Notes under the pieces: model-generated | What the model was told of the DNA's origin: nothing | The model's input: only the letters and a program-made list of their open reading frames with translations | The model's database searches: none | DNA from: Chiloscyllium plagiosum | Lineage: Eukaryota | DNA: 60,700 bases | Direction: 5' to 3' | Assembly: GCF_004010195.1 (NCBI RefSeq) | Contig: NC_057719.1 | Location: 4,619,464 to 4,680,163, forward strand | In this document: positions 37,445-50,489 of the stretch, piece after piece | How positions within the stretch are numbered: the stretch's first letter is position 1 | Layout of the letters: each line of letters opens with the position of its first letter | Position numbers and translations under genes: made by a program

Positions 37445-39110
37445 GAGCTAACAGTAGAAGAGAATGGATGAGTGTGAGCTATAGTGAAAACAACCCATAT
37501 AAGGCCAAGGTGTAGATGAGAATAGGTGGCTGTGGATGAAAAATATGGAAGGATGGAATCAGGCTCTAAAGTCATTGACCTTGATTTTGAGTCCTTGGGG
37601 GTCCCCAAGTGGAAATGAAATGTTGTACTAGCACTGGGAATCACTGGAACATTGCAGACGGCCTGCAACAGAAATATTCGTGTGGGAACACAGTGGTGCG
37701 AATTGGCAGGCAACTGGAAGCTCAGAGTCATGTTTGTGGACAGAACATAGATTTCTGTAAAGCAGCTATCCAGTCTGTGTTTCATTTTTTCAATGTAGAG
37801 GAGATTACACTGTAAACAGCGAATATAGTACACTAGTTTGAATGAAGTACAGGTAATTTGCTGCCTCACTTGGAAAGTATATCTGGGGCCAGGGATGATG
37901 AGGGAAGAGCTAAACGTCCAGGCGTTGCAACTTCTGCATAGTAAGGTGCTGTGGAATGTGGAGAGGTATTGGGAACAGAGGAGGAATGAACCAGAGTGTC
38001 CCGGAGGGGAAAAAGTGTTTGGTCATGGCATCCCACTGGAGGTGACTGAAATGGTCGCTTACTGTGGAGGCTGCGAGTATGGTAAGGGGGATCCTACCAT
38101 TGTTGTGGGAGGGAAGGGAAGAGATGAATGCAGAAGTGGGTAATCTTTGGTTGAGGAAAAATTTGGACATTTCTGAGGTTATCCTATGAAGGTGACATCA
38201 TCAGATCGAATGTGACAGAAATGGAGAAACTTGGAGAATGGGAAGCAGGGAATGAGAATGTATAGCCGAGGTAGCCGCAGGAGTATGTGGTTTGTAATGG
38301 ATATCGGTGGCCAGCTTATCCCCAGAAACGGAAGCAGAGACGTTGAGGAAGGGAAAGGAGGAGTTGGAGATGGACCAGATGAAGGTTAGGACAGGGTGGA
38401 AATTGGAACTGTAATAGACAAGTTTTTCCAGTTCAGAATGAGAGAGGGAGACAGCACCAATTATGTTATCCACGTACTGGAGAAGGAGTCGTGGGGAGAG
38501 ACACGAATAGGATTGAAACAAGGAATGGTAGACGTACCCCACAAAGAGAAAGGTATGACTGGGGCCCATATAAGTATCCATGGCCACACCTTTGAGCTGA
38601 AGAAAGTGAGAGGAGTTAAAGGAGGTATTCAAAAATGAGGGTGAGCTCGACTAGGTAGAGGTGGATGGTGGTGGATGGGGACAGTTCAGGCCCGCTTTCC
38701 AAGAAGAAGTGGAGGTCCCTCAGACCATTCTGATGGGGGATGAATATGTACAGGGATTGCAATCTAATAGTGAAGAGGAGGTAGTTGCTGTCAACGAATA
38801 AGAATTCTGAAACCAACATAAAGCATCAGAAGAATTGTAGATATAAGTGGGGAGGGACTAACAAGGGGAGAAAAGATTGAGCTAAGGTAGGAAGAAGTTC
38901 TGTGGGGCAGGTACATGCAGAAATAATGGGTTTGCCCAGATAGTTTGTGGATTCTGGGAGCAAGTGGAAGTGGGCGGGATGAGATTGGGGCAGTACGAAA
39001 TGGAGGAGCCTGAGACCATTCTAAAAGGGGATGGACATGTAAAGCATCAGATGAATCATGGATGTCAGTGGGGAGGGACTGGATAAGGGGAGAAAGAAAA
39101 TCGAGGTACA
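37445..39110 (-). mobile_element. Decayed Penelope-like element (RT plus GIY-YIG endonuclease)
   Basis: HFLQLKGVAMDTYMGPS..LFVGYV, QYVDNIIG, TDIHYKP; TCTSFKLVYYIRCLQCNLLYIE. Confidence 0.82.
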
Positions 39111-39214
39111 GTATTGCTAGCAAACAGAATTTAAAGCTTGGAATAATAAAACATTATAGAATTGTCATATACATAAATTAAAGCTTTATTGTAAGATGAT
39201 TCTATAGTATTATT

Positions 39215-40255
39215 GTAGAAGACAGAGGATGGTACTGGAGGGTTACTTTTCAGACTGGAGGCCTGTGACCAATGGAATGCCATAAGGATCGGTGCTGGGT
39301 CCACTACTTTTCATCATTAATATAAATGATTTTGATGTGAACATAGGAGGTATGGGGGTTAGTAAGTTTGCAGATGACACCAAAATTAGTGCACAGTGAA
39401 GGTTACCTCAGAGTACAAGGGATCTTGATCGAATCGGCCAATGGTTGAGGAGTGGCAGATGGAGTTTAATTTGGATATATGTGAGGTGCTGCATTTTGGA
39501 AAAGCAAATCAGAGCAGGATTTATACACTTAATAGTAAGGTCCTAAGGAGTGTTACTGAACAGAGACCTTGGAGTGCAGGTTCATAGCTCCTTGAAAGTA
39601 GAGTCACAGGTAGATAGGATAGTGAAGAAGCCATTTGATATGCTTTCCTTTATTGGTCAGAGTATTGAGTATAGGAGGTCATGTTGCGGCTGTACAGGAT
39701 TTTGGTTGGGCCACTTTTGGAATATTGCATGCAATTCTGATCTCCTTCCTATCAAAAGGATGTTGTGAAACTTGAAAGGGTTCAGAAAAGATTTACAAGG
39801 ATGTTGCCAGGGTTGGAGGATTGGAGCTGGAGGGAGAGGCCGAATAGGCTTGGGCTGTTTTCCCTGGAGCATCAGGGGCTGAGGGGTGACCTTATAGAGG
39901 TTTATAAAATCATGAGGGGCATGGTAGGATAAATAGAGAAAGTCTTTTCCCTGGGGTGGTGAGTCCAGAACCAGAGGGCATAGGTTTAGGGTGAGAGGGA
40001 AAGATATAAATGGGACCTAAGGGGCAACTTTTTCACACAGAGGGTTGTGCATGCATGGAATGAGCTGCCAGAGGAAGTGGTGGAGGTTGGTACAACTGCA
40101 GCATTTAAAAGGCATCTGGATGGGTACATAAATAGAAAGAGTTTAGAGGGATATGGGCCAAGTGCTAGCAAATGGGACTAGATTAGTTTTGGATATCTGG
40201 TCGACATGAATGAGTTGAACCGAAGGGTCTGTTTCCATGCTGTACATCTCTACGA
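39215..40255 (+). mobile_element. CR1 LINE 3' fragment
   Basis: [39 protein letters not shown]. Confidence 0.92.
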
Positions 40256-40259
40256 TTAG

Positions 40260-41320
40260 TGCAAATTTTAAAGGCCAGCTGATAAAGAAAGTACTGGACC
40301 ATTGTTCTGTTACAGGTGTTTTTGGTCTTTAAAGCAAGAGAATTTAAACAGCATTTGTTAATGAAAAATTACAAGCTTACAGACAGAATTGAAAAACTAT
40401 AGATTTAATATCTATAGTTGTGGTTATTAAGAAGGAACAGAAGAATATATCATACTTCTTAGTCCTATGATCTCAGCTGATGCTAAAACTGAACAAGAAT
40501 GATTCCACAGTGAGATCTGGATGTATAGACCATATACGTTTTATATCTGCAATTTGGATATCATGGTGTATAATTACTCAACATATTTGTAAGGGGATCC
40601 AATCTACTTTAATAAAATAACATTCTCTGTTACGAGAACATGAACTGTTTGAAATGGACAAAAGAAGATTTAACTTCATACAAAGCTATCCAGATTGTGT
40701 TGGAAGCAGGAATCAAAAAACTCATATGCAGCACCAACAACTCTACCTCAGGTGAAAAATAGAATTCATTTAGTTTTTTAAGGTGCAGACACTCTAAATA
40801 AGCACACTTACAGAGTTAGCCAAACAGCAGATACCAAGTTTTGTCAGCATTGTGGAACAACAGAGCTTCACAGGTAGAGTGTCCAGCTATGCCAAAATCA
40901 TGCTACATTTGTAAAACACAAGATCTGGACCAAAGAAGTCCAGAAGTACAACACAGTGTCAAACTTCCATCACATGAAGAAGTTAATGCTGTTGGACTTC
41001 TTCCATCAGAAAACGTGCCCATACTAGATAAAATAATCCTTTAGGAAAGATACACAAGATATTTCTAAGGAAAACTACCTATCCAAATGATTTGGATTTC
41101 ACAGAATTTGGTTATGCCATTAGACATCCTCTTACTTTTAAGTTTAGTACAGGTGCAAGAATCACTTTATTATCAAACTAATTATCATGCCTGAAAAATC
41201 AAAAGTTACAGCTGACAGAGTTGAGACTACATGGTGCAGGTGGAGGAAATCTCAAGAGGAAAGGTATGCTACAATTAACACTGCAACACAAGGAACACAG
41301 GAGAGTTGAAAATGTAAGTA
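40260..41320 (+). mobile_element. Decayed Ty3/Gypsy gag-protease relic
   Basis: EDLTSYKAIQIVLEA; CQHCG...ECPAMPKSCYICK knuckles; PLTFKFSTGARITLL (cf. FKLDTGA); LRLHGAGGGNL. Confidence 0.65.
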
Positions 41321-41404
41321 ATTTGCAATCAACACTTCTCACTAATGAGCTTGCATGCATGCACTGCCCTTAGCATGCTTAAGGGGTCAGAAATAATTTA
41401 ATTA

Positions 41405-43260
41405 GAAGAAAGAACTTTACATCACAGTACAGGTCCTTCGGCCCTTGATGTTGCGCCAACCTGTGGAACCAACCTGAAGCCCATCTAACCTACACTATTC
41501 CATTTTCATCCATATGTTTATCCAATGTCCAGTTAAATGCCCTTAAAGTTGGTGAATCTACTACTGTTGCAGGCAATGCATTCCATGCTCCTACTACTGA
41601 GTAAATAAACTACCTCTGACATCTGTCCTAAATCCATCAACCCTCAATTTAAAGCGGTATCCCCTTGTGCTAGCCATCACTATCTGAGGAAAAGGACTCT
41701 TACTGTCTACCCTATCTAACCGTCTCGTTAGTTTATATGTCTCTACTAAGTCACCTCTCAACCTTCTTCTCTCTAACAAAAACAGCCTCAAGTGCCTCAG
41801 ACTTTCCTCATAAGACCTTCCCTCCACACCAGGCAACATCCTAGTAAATCTCCTCTGAACCCTTTCCAAAGCTTTCACATCTTTCCTATAATGTGGTGAC
41901 CAGAACTGTAGGCAATACACCAAGTGCGGCCGCACTAGAGCTTTGTACAGCTGCAGCATGACCTCGTGGCTCCAAACTCAATCCCTCAGCCAATAAAAGC
42001 TAACACACCTTATGGCTTCTTAACAACCCTATCAAACTGGGTGGCAACTTTCAGGGATCTATGCACATGGTCACAGAGATCTCGCTGCTCTTCTACACTA
42101 CCAAGCATCTTACCACTAGCCCAGTACTCTTTATTCCTGTTGCTCCTTCCAAAGTGAATCACCTCACAATTTTCCACATCAAACTCCATTTGCCACGTCT
42201 CAGCTCAGCTCTGCAGCTTATCTCTGTCCTTCTCTAACCTGCAACATCCTTCAGCACCACCCACAACTCCACCAACCTTAATTTCACCTGCAATTTAATA
42301 ACCCATCTTTCTAAGCCCTCATCTAAGTCATTTCTAAAAATCACAAACAGCAGTGGCCCCAGAACAGAACCTTGCGGTACACCACTAGTAACTGAACTCC
42401 AGGATGAACATTTTCCATCAACCACCATCCTCTGTCTTCTTTCAGCTAGCCAATTTATCATCCAAACTACTAAATCACCCTCAATCCCATGCCTCTGTAT
42501 TTTATGCAATAGCCCACCATGGTGCACCTTATCAAATGCCTTACTGAAATCCATATACACCACATTAACCGCTTTACCCTCATCCATCTGTTTGATCACC
42601 TTCTCAAAGGACTCAATAAGATTTGTGAGGCACGACCTATCCTTCACAAAACCGTGATGACTATCCCTAATCAACTTATTCCTTTCTAGATGATTATAAA
42701 TCCTATCTCTTATAACATTTTCCAACACTTTACCCATGACTGAAGTAAGGCTCATTGGTCTATAATTACCAGGGTTGTCTCTACTCTTCTTCTTGAACAA
42801 GGGGACAACATATGCGATCCTCCAGTCTTCTGGCACTATTCCTGTAGACAATGATGACAGAAAGATCAAAGCAAAAGGCTCTGCAATCTCCTACCTGGCT
42901 TCCCAGAGAATCCTAGGATAAATCCCATCCGGCCCAGGGACCTATCTATTTTCACACTTTGCAGAATTGCTAACACCTCCTCCTTGTGAACCTCTATCCT
43001 GTCAATGTTTGGAGTATTCCCAGTCAATATTTGGAAAGTTAAAGCCCCCATAACAACTACTCTGTTACTCTCACTCCTATCCAGAATTATCTTTGCTATA
43101 CTTTCCTCTACGTCTCTGAAACTATTCGGAGGTCTATAGAAACCTCCCAACACGGTGACCTCTCCTTTCCTGTTTCTAACCTCAGCCCATATTACCTCAG
43201 TAGACGAGTCCTCAAACATCCTCTCTGCCACTGTAATACAGTCGCCATAATACTGATTAG
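41405..43260 (-). mobile_element. CR1 LINE with internal deletion between endonuclease and RT
   Basis: [38 protein letters not shown]. Confidence 0.93.
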
Positions 43261-44149
43261 GCAAAGAAATGGCCCAATAACAAACTGTTGTCAACACACC
43301 AGCCTGCGGTGAATCAGTAGACAATTTCACTGAGCTTTTTGGATTTGTGGTGAAACTTAAACAAAAGAACAGATTAGAGAAAGCAAAGGGCAGAGACCTC
43401 CAAACACCTGCAAGCAAGCCAGATTGTCCTCCATCTGCTTCTGTAAGTAGAAAGTAACAAAAGAAAGAATTTGTTGAATTTACATCTGTTGAGTCAAGAG
43501 AATTGTTTCATTTGTCAACAATATACACTTCAAAACTGAATCTAAAACTATTCCTCCCCTTCTTAAAACACACTGTATAGAAATACAAATCATACTACAC
43601 ATTATTCCAAATACAAATAATAACATTTCATGACCTGTCATCATTCATCAAAGCAGAAAAAAATTGAAAAGGTACCTTCAAGGCACTTTAATTTTTCAAT
43701 ACAATTTACTTTTGTCATTCTATCTATCCTACCTATATAAATTTCATTCTGACATTGGCAATGTATTCACATTAAATATGCAAAGACTTTCCAATAACAA
43801 TCATTTTCTACACAAGGCCATTTTCTTTCCAGCTAGTCTCACGGAAGTATGAAATCCAGTCTCTTACACATGTTACATGCCTTTGTGAAACTAATGAACA
43901 CCACACTGCTTCTTACTCTGATTTGTCAAAACAAACAACTGGTTCTTTCTTTTAATTAAAAAAAGAATAAACTTCCATTTTCCAATCTATATTTCAAATA
44001 AAATATAGTCTTACCATCAGCAGTTTGATTAAGAGTCTCAGGAAGAGACATTGACTTAAGAAAAAAGCACTGGGTGCATGCAGTAGCTTTCCCTTGAGAA
44101 AACAAGTACAGCCATGCCCACAAAACATAGAACTTAAAAATGGAATCAT

Positions 44150-44980
44150 TGTGAAACTAATGTCATTTACAAAATACCATGAAAGGACTGTAGCAAACAC
44201 TACAATGGACAAACAGGCAGAAAACTAGCCACCAGGATGTACGAACACTAACTAGCCACAAAATGACATGACCCTCTCTCACTAGTATCCTTACATACAC
44301 AGCACGGTGGCACAGTGGTTAGCACTGCTGCCTCACAATGCCAGAGACCCGGGTTCATTCCCGCCTCAGGCGACTGACTGTGTAATGTTTGCACGTTCTC
44401 CTCGTGTCTGCGTGGGTTTACTCTGGTTTCCTCCCACAGTCCAAAAATGTGCAGGTCAGGTGAATTGGCCATGCTAAATTGCCCATAGTGTTAGGTGAAG
44501 AGGTAAATATAGGGGAATACGTCTGGGTGGGTTGTGCTTCAGCGGGTCGGTGTGGACTTGTTGGGCCGAAGGGCCTGTTTCCACACTGTAAGTAATCTAA
44601 TCTAATCTCATGCTGATAAGGAAGGACAGCACTTTGACTGGGACAACACATCCATCTTAGGACAAATCAAACAGAGACACGCATGAGAATTCTTAGAAGC
44701 ATGGCATTCCAACTGGAACTCTATCAACAAACACATGGAGTTAGACCCCATCTACCACCTCCTGAGAAAAAGAAAAGGAAATGGCATGACCACATGAAAT
44801 AACATAACCAATCCAAACTTTTAAATAGAAAGCAGGAATCATGTACACTGTTCACCTGAGGCCCACTGAAGATGTTACTAGTAGGGTGATGAAACATTTG
44901 GAAATGAACCTCCCAGCTGAGCGAGCAAACCTACATCCAGAACCTCAACCTGAGCTAAAAACCTTCTCAAATCTTGCTGA
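44150..44980 (+). mobile_element. Penelope-like element 3' end (GIY-YIG) interrupted by a SINE
   Basis: NVIYKIP*KDCSKHYNGQTGRKLA; EFLEAWHSNWNSINKH; decayed hammerhead at ~44862-44901; homologous to 37085-37443. Confidence 0.8.
44302..44607 (+). mobile_element. HE1-type SINE
   Basis: GCACGGTGGCACAGTGGTTAGC head, (TAATC)3 tail. Confidence 0.92.
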
Positions 44981-46299
44981 AAACCATTAAATAAATTACA
45001 AAACTAAAATGTTTGGGCTATCAATGGCTTTTTGATTGATTACAAGTGGCAGTTTTGTCACAGAACAGATTAGAGAAAGCAAAGGGCAGAGACCTCCAAA
45101 CACCTGCAAGCAAGCCAGATTGTCCTCCATCTGCTTCTGTAAGTAGAAAGTAACAAATAAAGACTGAAAAAAGACCTTTAACTCAAGCAAAGCCTTCAGT
45201 TCAACTGACTGACCAACAAGTTAAAGATTGCCATGGTCGACAACAATGTGATACCATCAGCAAAAACCAAAGGGATTATAAGAAAGTCATCTCATTTCCC
45301 CCAGTGTTTTGGACTCTTCATCAGGAACAGATTTTGTTTTCTTTTTGCCTATATTTTCCTCAAATGTTATTTCTGAAAAATTCTTTATGTGGCCTGTCCA
45401 TCCTATTCACGAAAGGATGTATGCATGTTTAAATTTAAAGAAAGTATAAATTAAATTTAGTAATTGATTATGTATTTTATCATAGGTTTGTCATAAAATC
45501 AATAAGTTTTAATTTCTTTTTCACTCATTGATGAAACCTGGTGTGAGTTTGCTTTATCTGAAATTATACTCACAGTCACAAAAAGTTAACCATCTCGATG
45601 ATTAAACTGGTCATATTTCACATAGTGGGGCCTTAGTTTCAGCATATTCTTCCCATCAGGGTTATGACAACACCAAAAACCAAAACAAATGTAAAACAAA
45701 TCCCTTCATCTCCACTCATGATTTGGATTTTTCTCTTCATTCACTCTATTTATTTTGCCTGTATTTTCCTCAAATAGTATTTCTGAAAGATCCCTTTATT
45801 TCATCTGTTTGTCTACTTGTTTCTTATATTTTCTAAACTGCTCTTCTTTAGCTTTCTGTTTGTCCAATATCACATATTATTAAGCTATGGAGTTTAAGGT
45901 GCAGATACACACTTGTATTAAGGTCAAGTGTATAATATCAACTAGGTAAATAGCCTACAAAGTGGGCAACACTTTTCTTTTAAATTTTACATGCTTTCAC
46001 ATTGGTGTAACATCCTCTTGGTCACTAACCCAGATAAATTCTCAGCAGTGCACTGTTCCAGAATTATATTGAGAAATACCGATTACAGTTGATCCAAACT
46101 TGTCAAAAAAAAATATTTGTCTACTCTGCTGCTGTTCAGTTTGATGACTGAAGGAAGATTTGACTAGGTCATGACTGATTGGTACACATCCATGTGATAT
46201 ATATTTCTCAACATAGAGAGATATAAAGGATCAGTCTATATAAGTGGTCATTCACGCATTCACTGACTGATTCTTCAAACAATGATATATAAGTGACCA

Positions 46300-47720
46300 T
46301 AACATCATAAGGTATAAGCAGAATTAAACCATTCAACCTTTTTAAGTCTGCTCTGCCTTTCAACCATGGTTGATACATTTCTCAACCCCATTCTTCTGCA
46401 TTCTCTTTGTAACATTTGATCCCTTACTAATCAAGAACCTATCTTCTCCGCCTTAAATAGTCTTAATGACAGCCTCCATAGCTTTCTGCATCAATCTCTG
46501 ACTGAAGAAATTCCTCATCATCTCAGTTCTAAAGACTCGCCCCTTCTCCCTGAGGTTGTGCCCTTGGGTCTTGACCTCTCCTGCGAATGGAGACATCTTC
46601 TCCATGTATACTCTGTCCAGGCTGCACAGTATTCTATTCAATTAGTTTCTCCCTCATCCTTCTCAACTCCACTGAATACAGACCCAGAGTACTCAACTGT
46701 CCCTCATATGACAAGCCCTTCATCTCTGGGATCATTCCAGTAAACTCCCTCTGTCCCCTCCAACACCATCACATCCTTCTTAAATATGGGGTCCAAAACT
46801 ACTCACAATATTCCAAGAGAGCCCTGACCAGTGCTTTAAACAGGTGTGTTATTTTAGCTATTTTCCAGTCCTCTGAGATCCTCCCTACCTCCAGTGATTG
46901 CTGAAAGATCACCACCATTCACTCCACAATCTCTCAGCCAACTTCTTCAGAGTTCTAGGTTGTCATCCATCAAGTCTTGGAGATTTATCCACCTGCAGAC
47001 CCTTCAGCTTCCCAGCGCCTTCTCCTTAGTGATGGTCGCTACACTCACCTCTCCCCCTGACTCTTTTGAAGTTCTCGTATATTATTGATGTCAGACTTCC
47101 AGTAAGACAGAGTCATAGAGATACACAGCAAGAAACAGACCCTTCGATCCAACTTGCCATGCTGACCAGATATCCTAAATAAATCTAATCCCATTTGCCA
47201 GGTTTTTGCTCATATCCCTCTAAACCCTTCCTATTCATATACCCATCCAGACGTATTTTAAATGTTGTAATTGTACCAGCCTTCACCACATCCTCTGGCA
47301 GTTCAATCCATACATGCACCACCCTCTGCATGAAAACAGTGCCTCTTAAGTTCCTTTTAAATTTCTCCCCTCTCACCTTAAACCTATACCCTCTGTTTTG
47401 GACTCCCTCACCTCAGGGAAAATAAATTCTTGTCTAATAACATGATCATGATTTTATAAACTTCTATAAGGTCACCCCACAGCCTTCAACGCTCCAGGGA
47501 AAATAGCCACTTCTATTTAGTTTCCCTCTATTGCTCAAACCCTCCAACACCGGCAACATCCTTGTAAATCTTTTCTGAACTTTTTCAAGTTTCACAATAT
47601 CCTTCCTCCAACAGACAGACCAGAAATGCACACAATATTCCAACAGTGGCCTAAATAATGTCCTGTACAGCTGCAACATCACCTCCCAACTCCTTTACTC
47701 AACACATTGATCAATAAAGA
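46300..47720 (-). mobile_element. Two CR1 fragments (approx. 46300-47090 and 47108-47720)
   Basis: GHNLREKGRVFRTEMMRNFFSQR; RPLLEYCVHFW. Confidence 0.85.
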
Positions 47721-49124
47721 TGGCTGTGGAATAGGGCTTCTGGGCTCAGGACTAATCCGTTCTGGTCATTTTTCTTTTTGTTTTTCTTATTTTTCTTGTG
47801 TTTTTTCTCTTCTATTTCATTTTACTTATCCTCTTGGTGAAGAGTTCAGTCATGGCAACAGCATCAGTGACGGGGCCCAGCAGCACAGATTCAAGCAGAG
47901 TTAACGTTTCGGGTCGAGTGACCTTTCCTCAGAACTGACCCAAAATGTTAACTGATTTCTCTCCAAAGATGCTGCTAGACGTGTTGAGCTTTTCCAGCAA
48001 TTTCTATTTTTGTCTCTATTTTCAATTGGTTTTTGTTAAGGAGGTGTTTATAAGGGGAATAAAGTTTTAGTAATGTTATATGCCAATGGTTTATATCTGT
48101 TTTACCTATCGATGATCTTGTAACTTAATAATAATTCTTGTTCAGTACAGAAACCTGGTCCCTGCTTTCTACCAACCTTGGTTTGAAACTCAGGTAAAAT
48201 TGGGTATAATATGCATTTTTAACATAAAACTTTAGTATTTGTTATAACTCCAAAACTAACAGGGGTCAATTTACAACATGCTACCCCAGCATGTCATAAG
48301 AACCAACTGATTCTTCAGGATATAGGTATACAGACAAATGATCCCTGTCTGAGTCACCCTTCAACATATGGATATGGTCGTCAAGGATTAATCCTCAGTC
48401 TATCAATCTATAAGCGGCCACTCACTGATGGGCTGACCCTTCAGTTTATAAAGTTAGAGATGGTCACTCAGTAACTGATTGATCCTGCAGGACTGAGACA
48501 TAAATGGTTAATCACATTGACATCTTCATCCTTCACTACAGAAAATTATAAACAGTCCCTCACTCAGCAACACTCTTCAGTCTATAAACATAGAAACGGT
48601 CATTCAGCGACTGACTAACGGTCATTCAGCGAGTGACCATTTGCATACTTGATATGCAAATGGTCACTCAAGGATTAATGCGCCATATACATAAATTGGG
48701 AATCACTAAAAGGAAGGCTGACTCATCTATGGAAAAATGAAGAAAACAGGGGTCTTTTTTGATCCGGGTAAAAGGAGTCAAAAAGAATCCTGCAGCAGTC
48801 TGCTAGGGTCTCAGCTTTTTACAATTTATATCAATGACTTGGAAAACAGACACATAGAAACATAGAAGCTATGAGCAGGAGAAGTCCATTTGGCCTATTT
48901 AACCTGCTCTACCATTCAAATTACCATGTCAAAACCTCGACCTCAACACCGCACCCCTGCTCAATTCCCATACAGTTGATACCTTTATCATCTAAAAGTC
49001 TCTTAATTTCTTTATTAAGTATATTTAGTAACTTGGTTTTCTCTAGTAGAGAATACTACAGATTCACAATCCTCAGAATGAATAAATGTTTCCTCATCTC
49101 AGTGCGAAAAGGCCTACCACGTAG

Positions 49125-50034
49125 GTGACGAAGGAGGTTGATGAGGGGAAAGCGGTAGATGTGGTATATATGGATTTTAGTAAGGCGTTTGATAAGGTTC
49201 CCCATGGTAGGCTACTGCAGAAAATACGGAGATATGGCATTGAGGGTGAGTTGGAGGTTTGGATTAGGAATTGGCTGGATGGAAGAAGACAGAGGGTAGT
49301 AGTTGATGGCAAAGTGTCTTCATGGAGTGCCGTCACTAGCGGTGTTCCGCAAGGATCTGTTTTGGGACCATTGCTGTTTGTCATTTTTATAAATGACCTG
49401 GAAGAGGGGTTAGAAGGTTGGGTGAGCAAGTTTGCGGATGACACGAAAGTCGGAGGAGTTGTTGACAGTGAGGAAGCATGTGGCAGGTTACAGCAGGATA
49501 TAGAGAAGCTGCAGAGCTGGGCAGAAAGGTGCCAAATGGAATTCAATGTAGCTAAGTATGAGGTGATTCACTTTGGGAAGAATAACAAAAAGATGGGGTA
49601 CTGGGCTAATGATGGGATACTTGATAGTGTGGATGAGCAGAGGGATCTTGGTGTCCATGTACACAGATATCTGAAAGTTNNNNNNNNNNNNNNNNNNNNN
49701 NNNNNNNNNNNNNNNNNNNNNNNNNNNNNNNNNNNNNNNNNNNNNNNNNNNNNNNNNNNNNNNNNNNNNNNNNNNNNNNNNNNNNNNNNNNNNNNNNNNN
49801 NNGGGGGGTAGATATAGGACTGAATTTAGGGGTAGGTTCTTCACTCAGCGAGTCGTAAGTTCATGGAATGCCCTGCCAGTAGCAGTGGTGGACTCTCCCT
49901 CTTTATGGGCATTTAAGCGGGCATTGGATAAGTATATGGAGGATAGTGGGTTAGTATAGGTTAGGTGGGCTTGGATCGGCGCAACATCGAGGGCCAAAGG
50001 GCCTGTACTGCGCTGTATTCTTCTATGTTCTATG
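49125..50034 (+). mobile_element. Young CR1 nested in an older minus-strand CR1 (approx. 48850-50480)
   Basis: Stop-free RT ([25 protein letters not shown]); (TTCTATG)2 tail; host sequence resumes after tail. Confidence 0.92.
49680..49802. other. Assembly gap
   Basis: Run of N. Confidence 1.
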
Positions 50035-50489
50035 TATCCTGACTGTGACAACTTGTTCCAGACCTCTAGGCCAGCGGAAACATCATCCCTGTACAGAGTC
50101 TTTCCAGTCCTGTCAGGATGTTACATGTTTCAATGAGGTCCCTCTCACATTTTCTGAACTCTCGTGAACACAGACCTAGTCGATCCAATCCCTCCTCAGA
50201 CAACACACCTGTCAAGCCAGGAATCAGACTGGTGAGTTTTTGCTGCACTTTATGTTTGATAAATATATCTTTTTTTTGATAAGGAGACTAAAACTGGATA
50301 TAATACCCCAGAAGAGGTTGCCTGCATTAAAATTTTGTTGCTCCTGTACTCAGATCTTCTTGCAATGAAAGCTAATGTACCATTTGCATTCCTAACTGCT
50401 TTCTGCACCTGCATGTGTGCTTTCAGTGACTGGGTTCAAGGACACTCAGGTTCCTTTTTAGATCAACAGTTACCAATCTATCACCAAGC

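Noticed and set aside
45300..45330. Minus-strand CTGATGAAGAGTCCAAAAC hammerhead-like fragment
   Set aside because: Stem II and GAAA are incomplete; too degraded to call.
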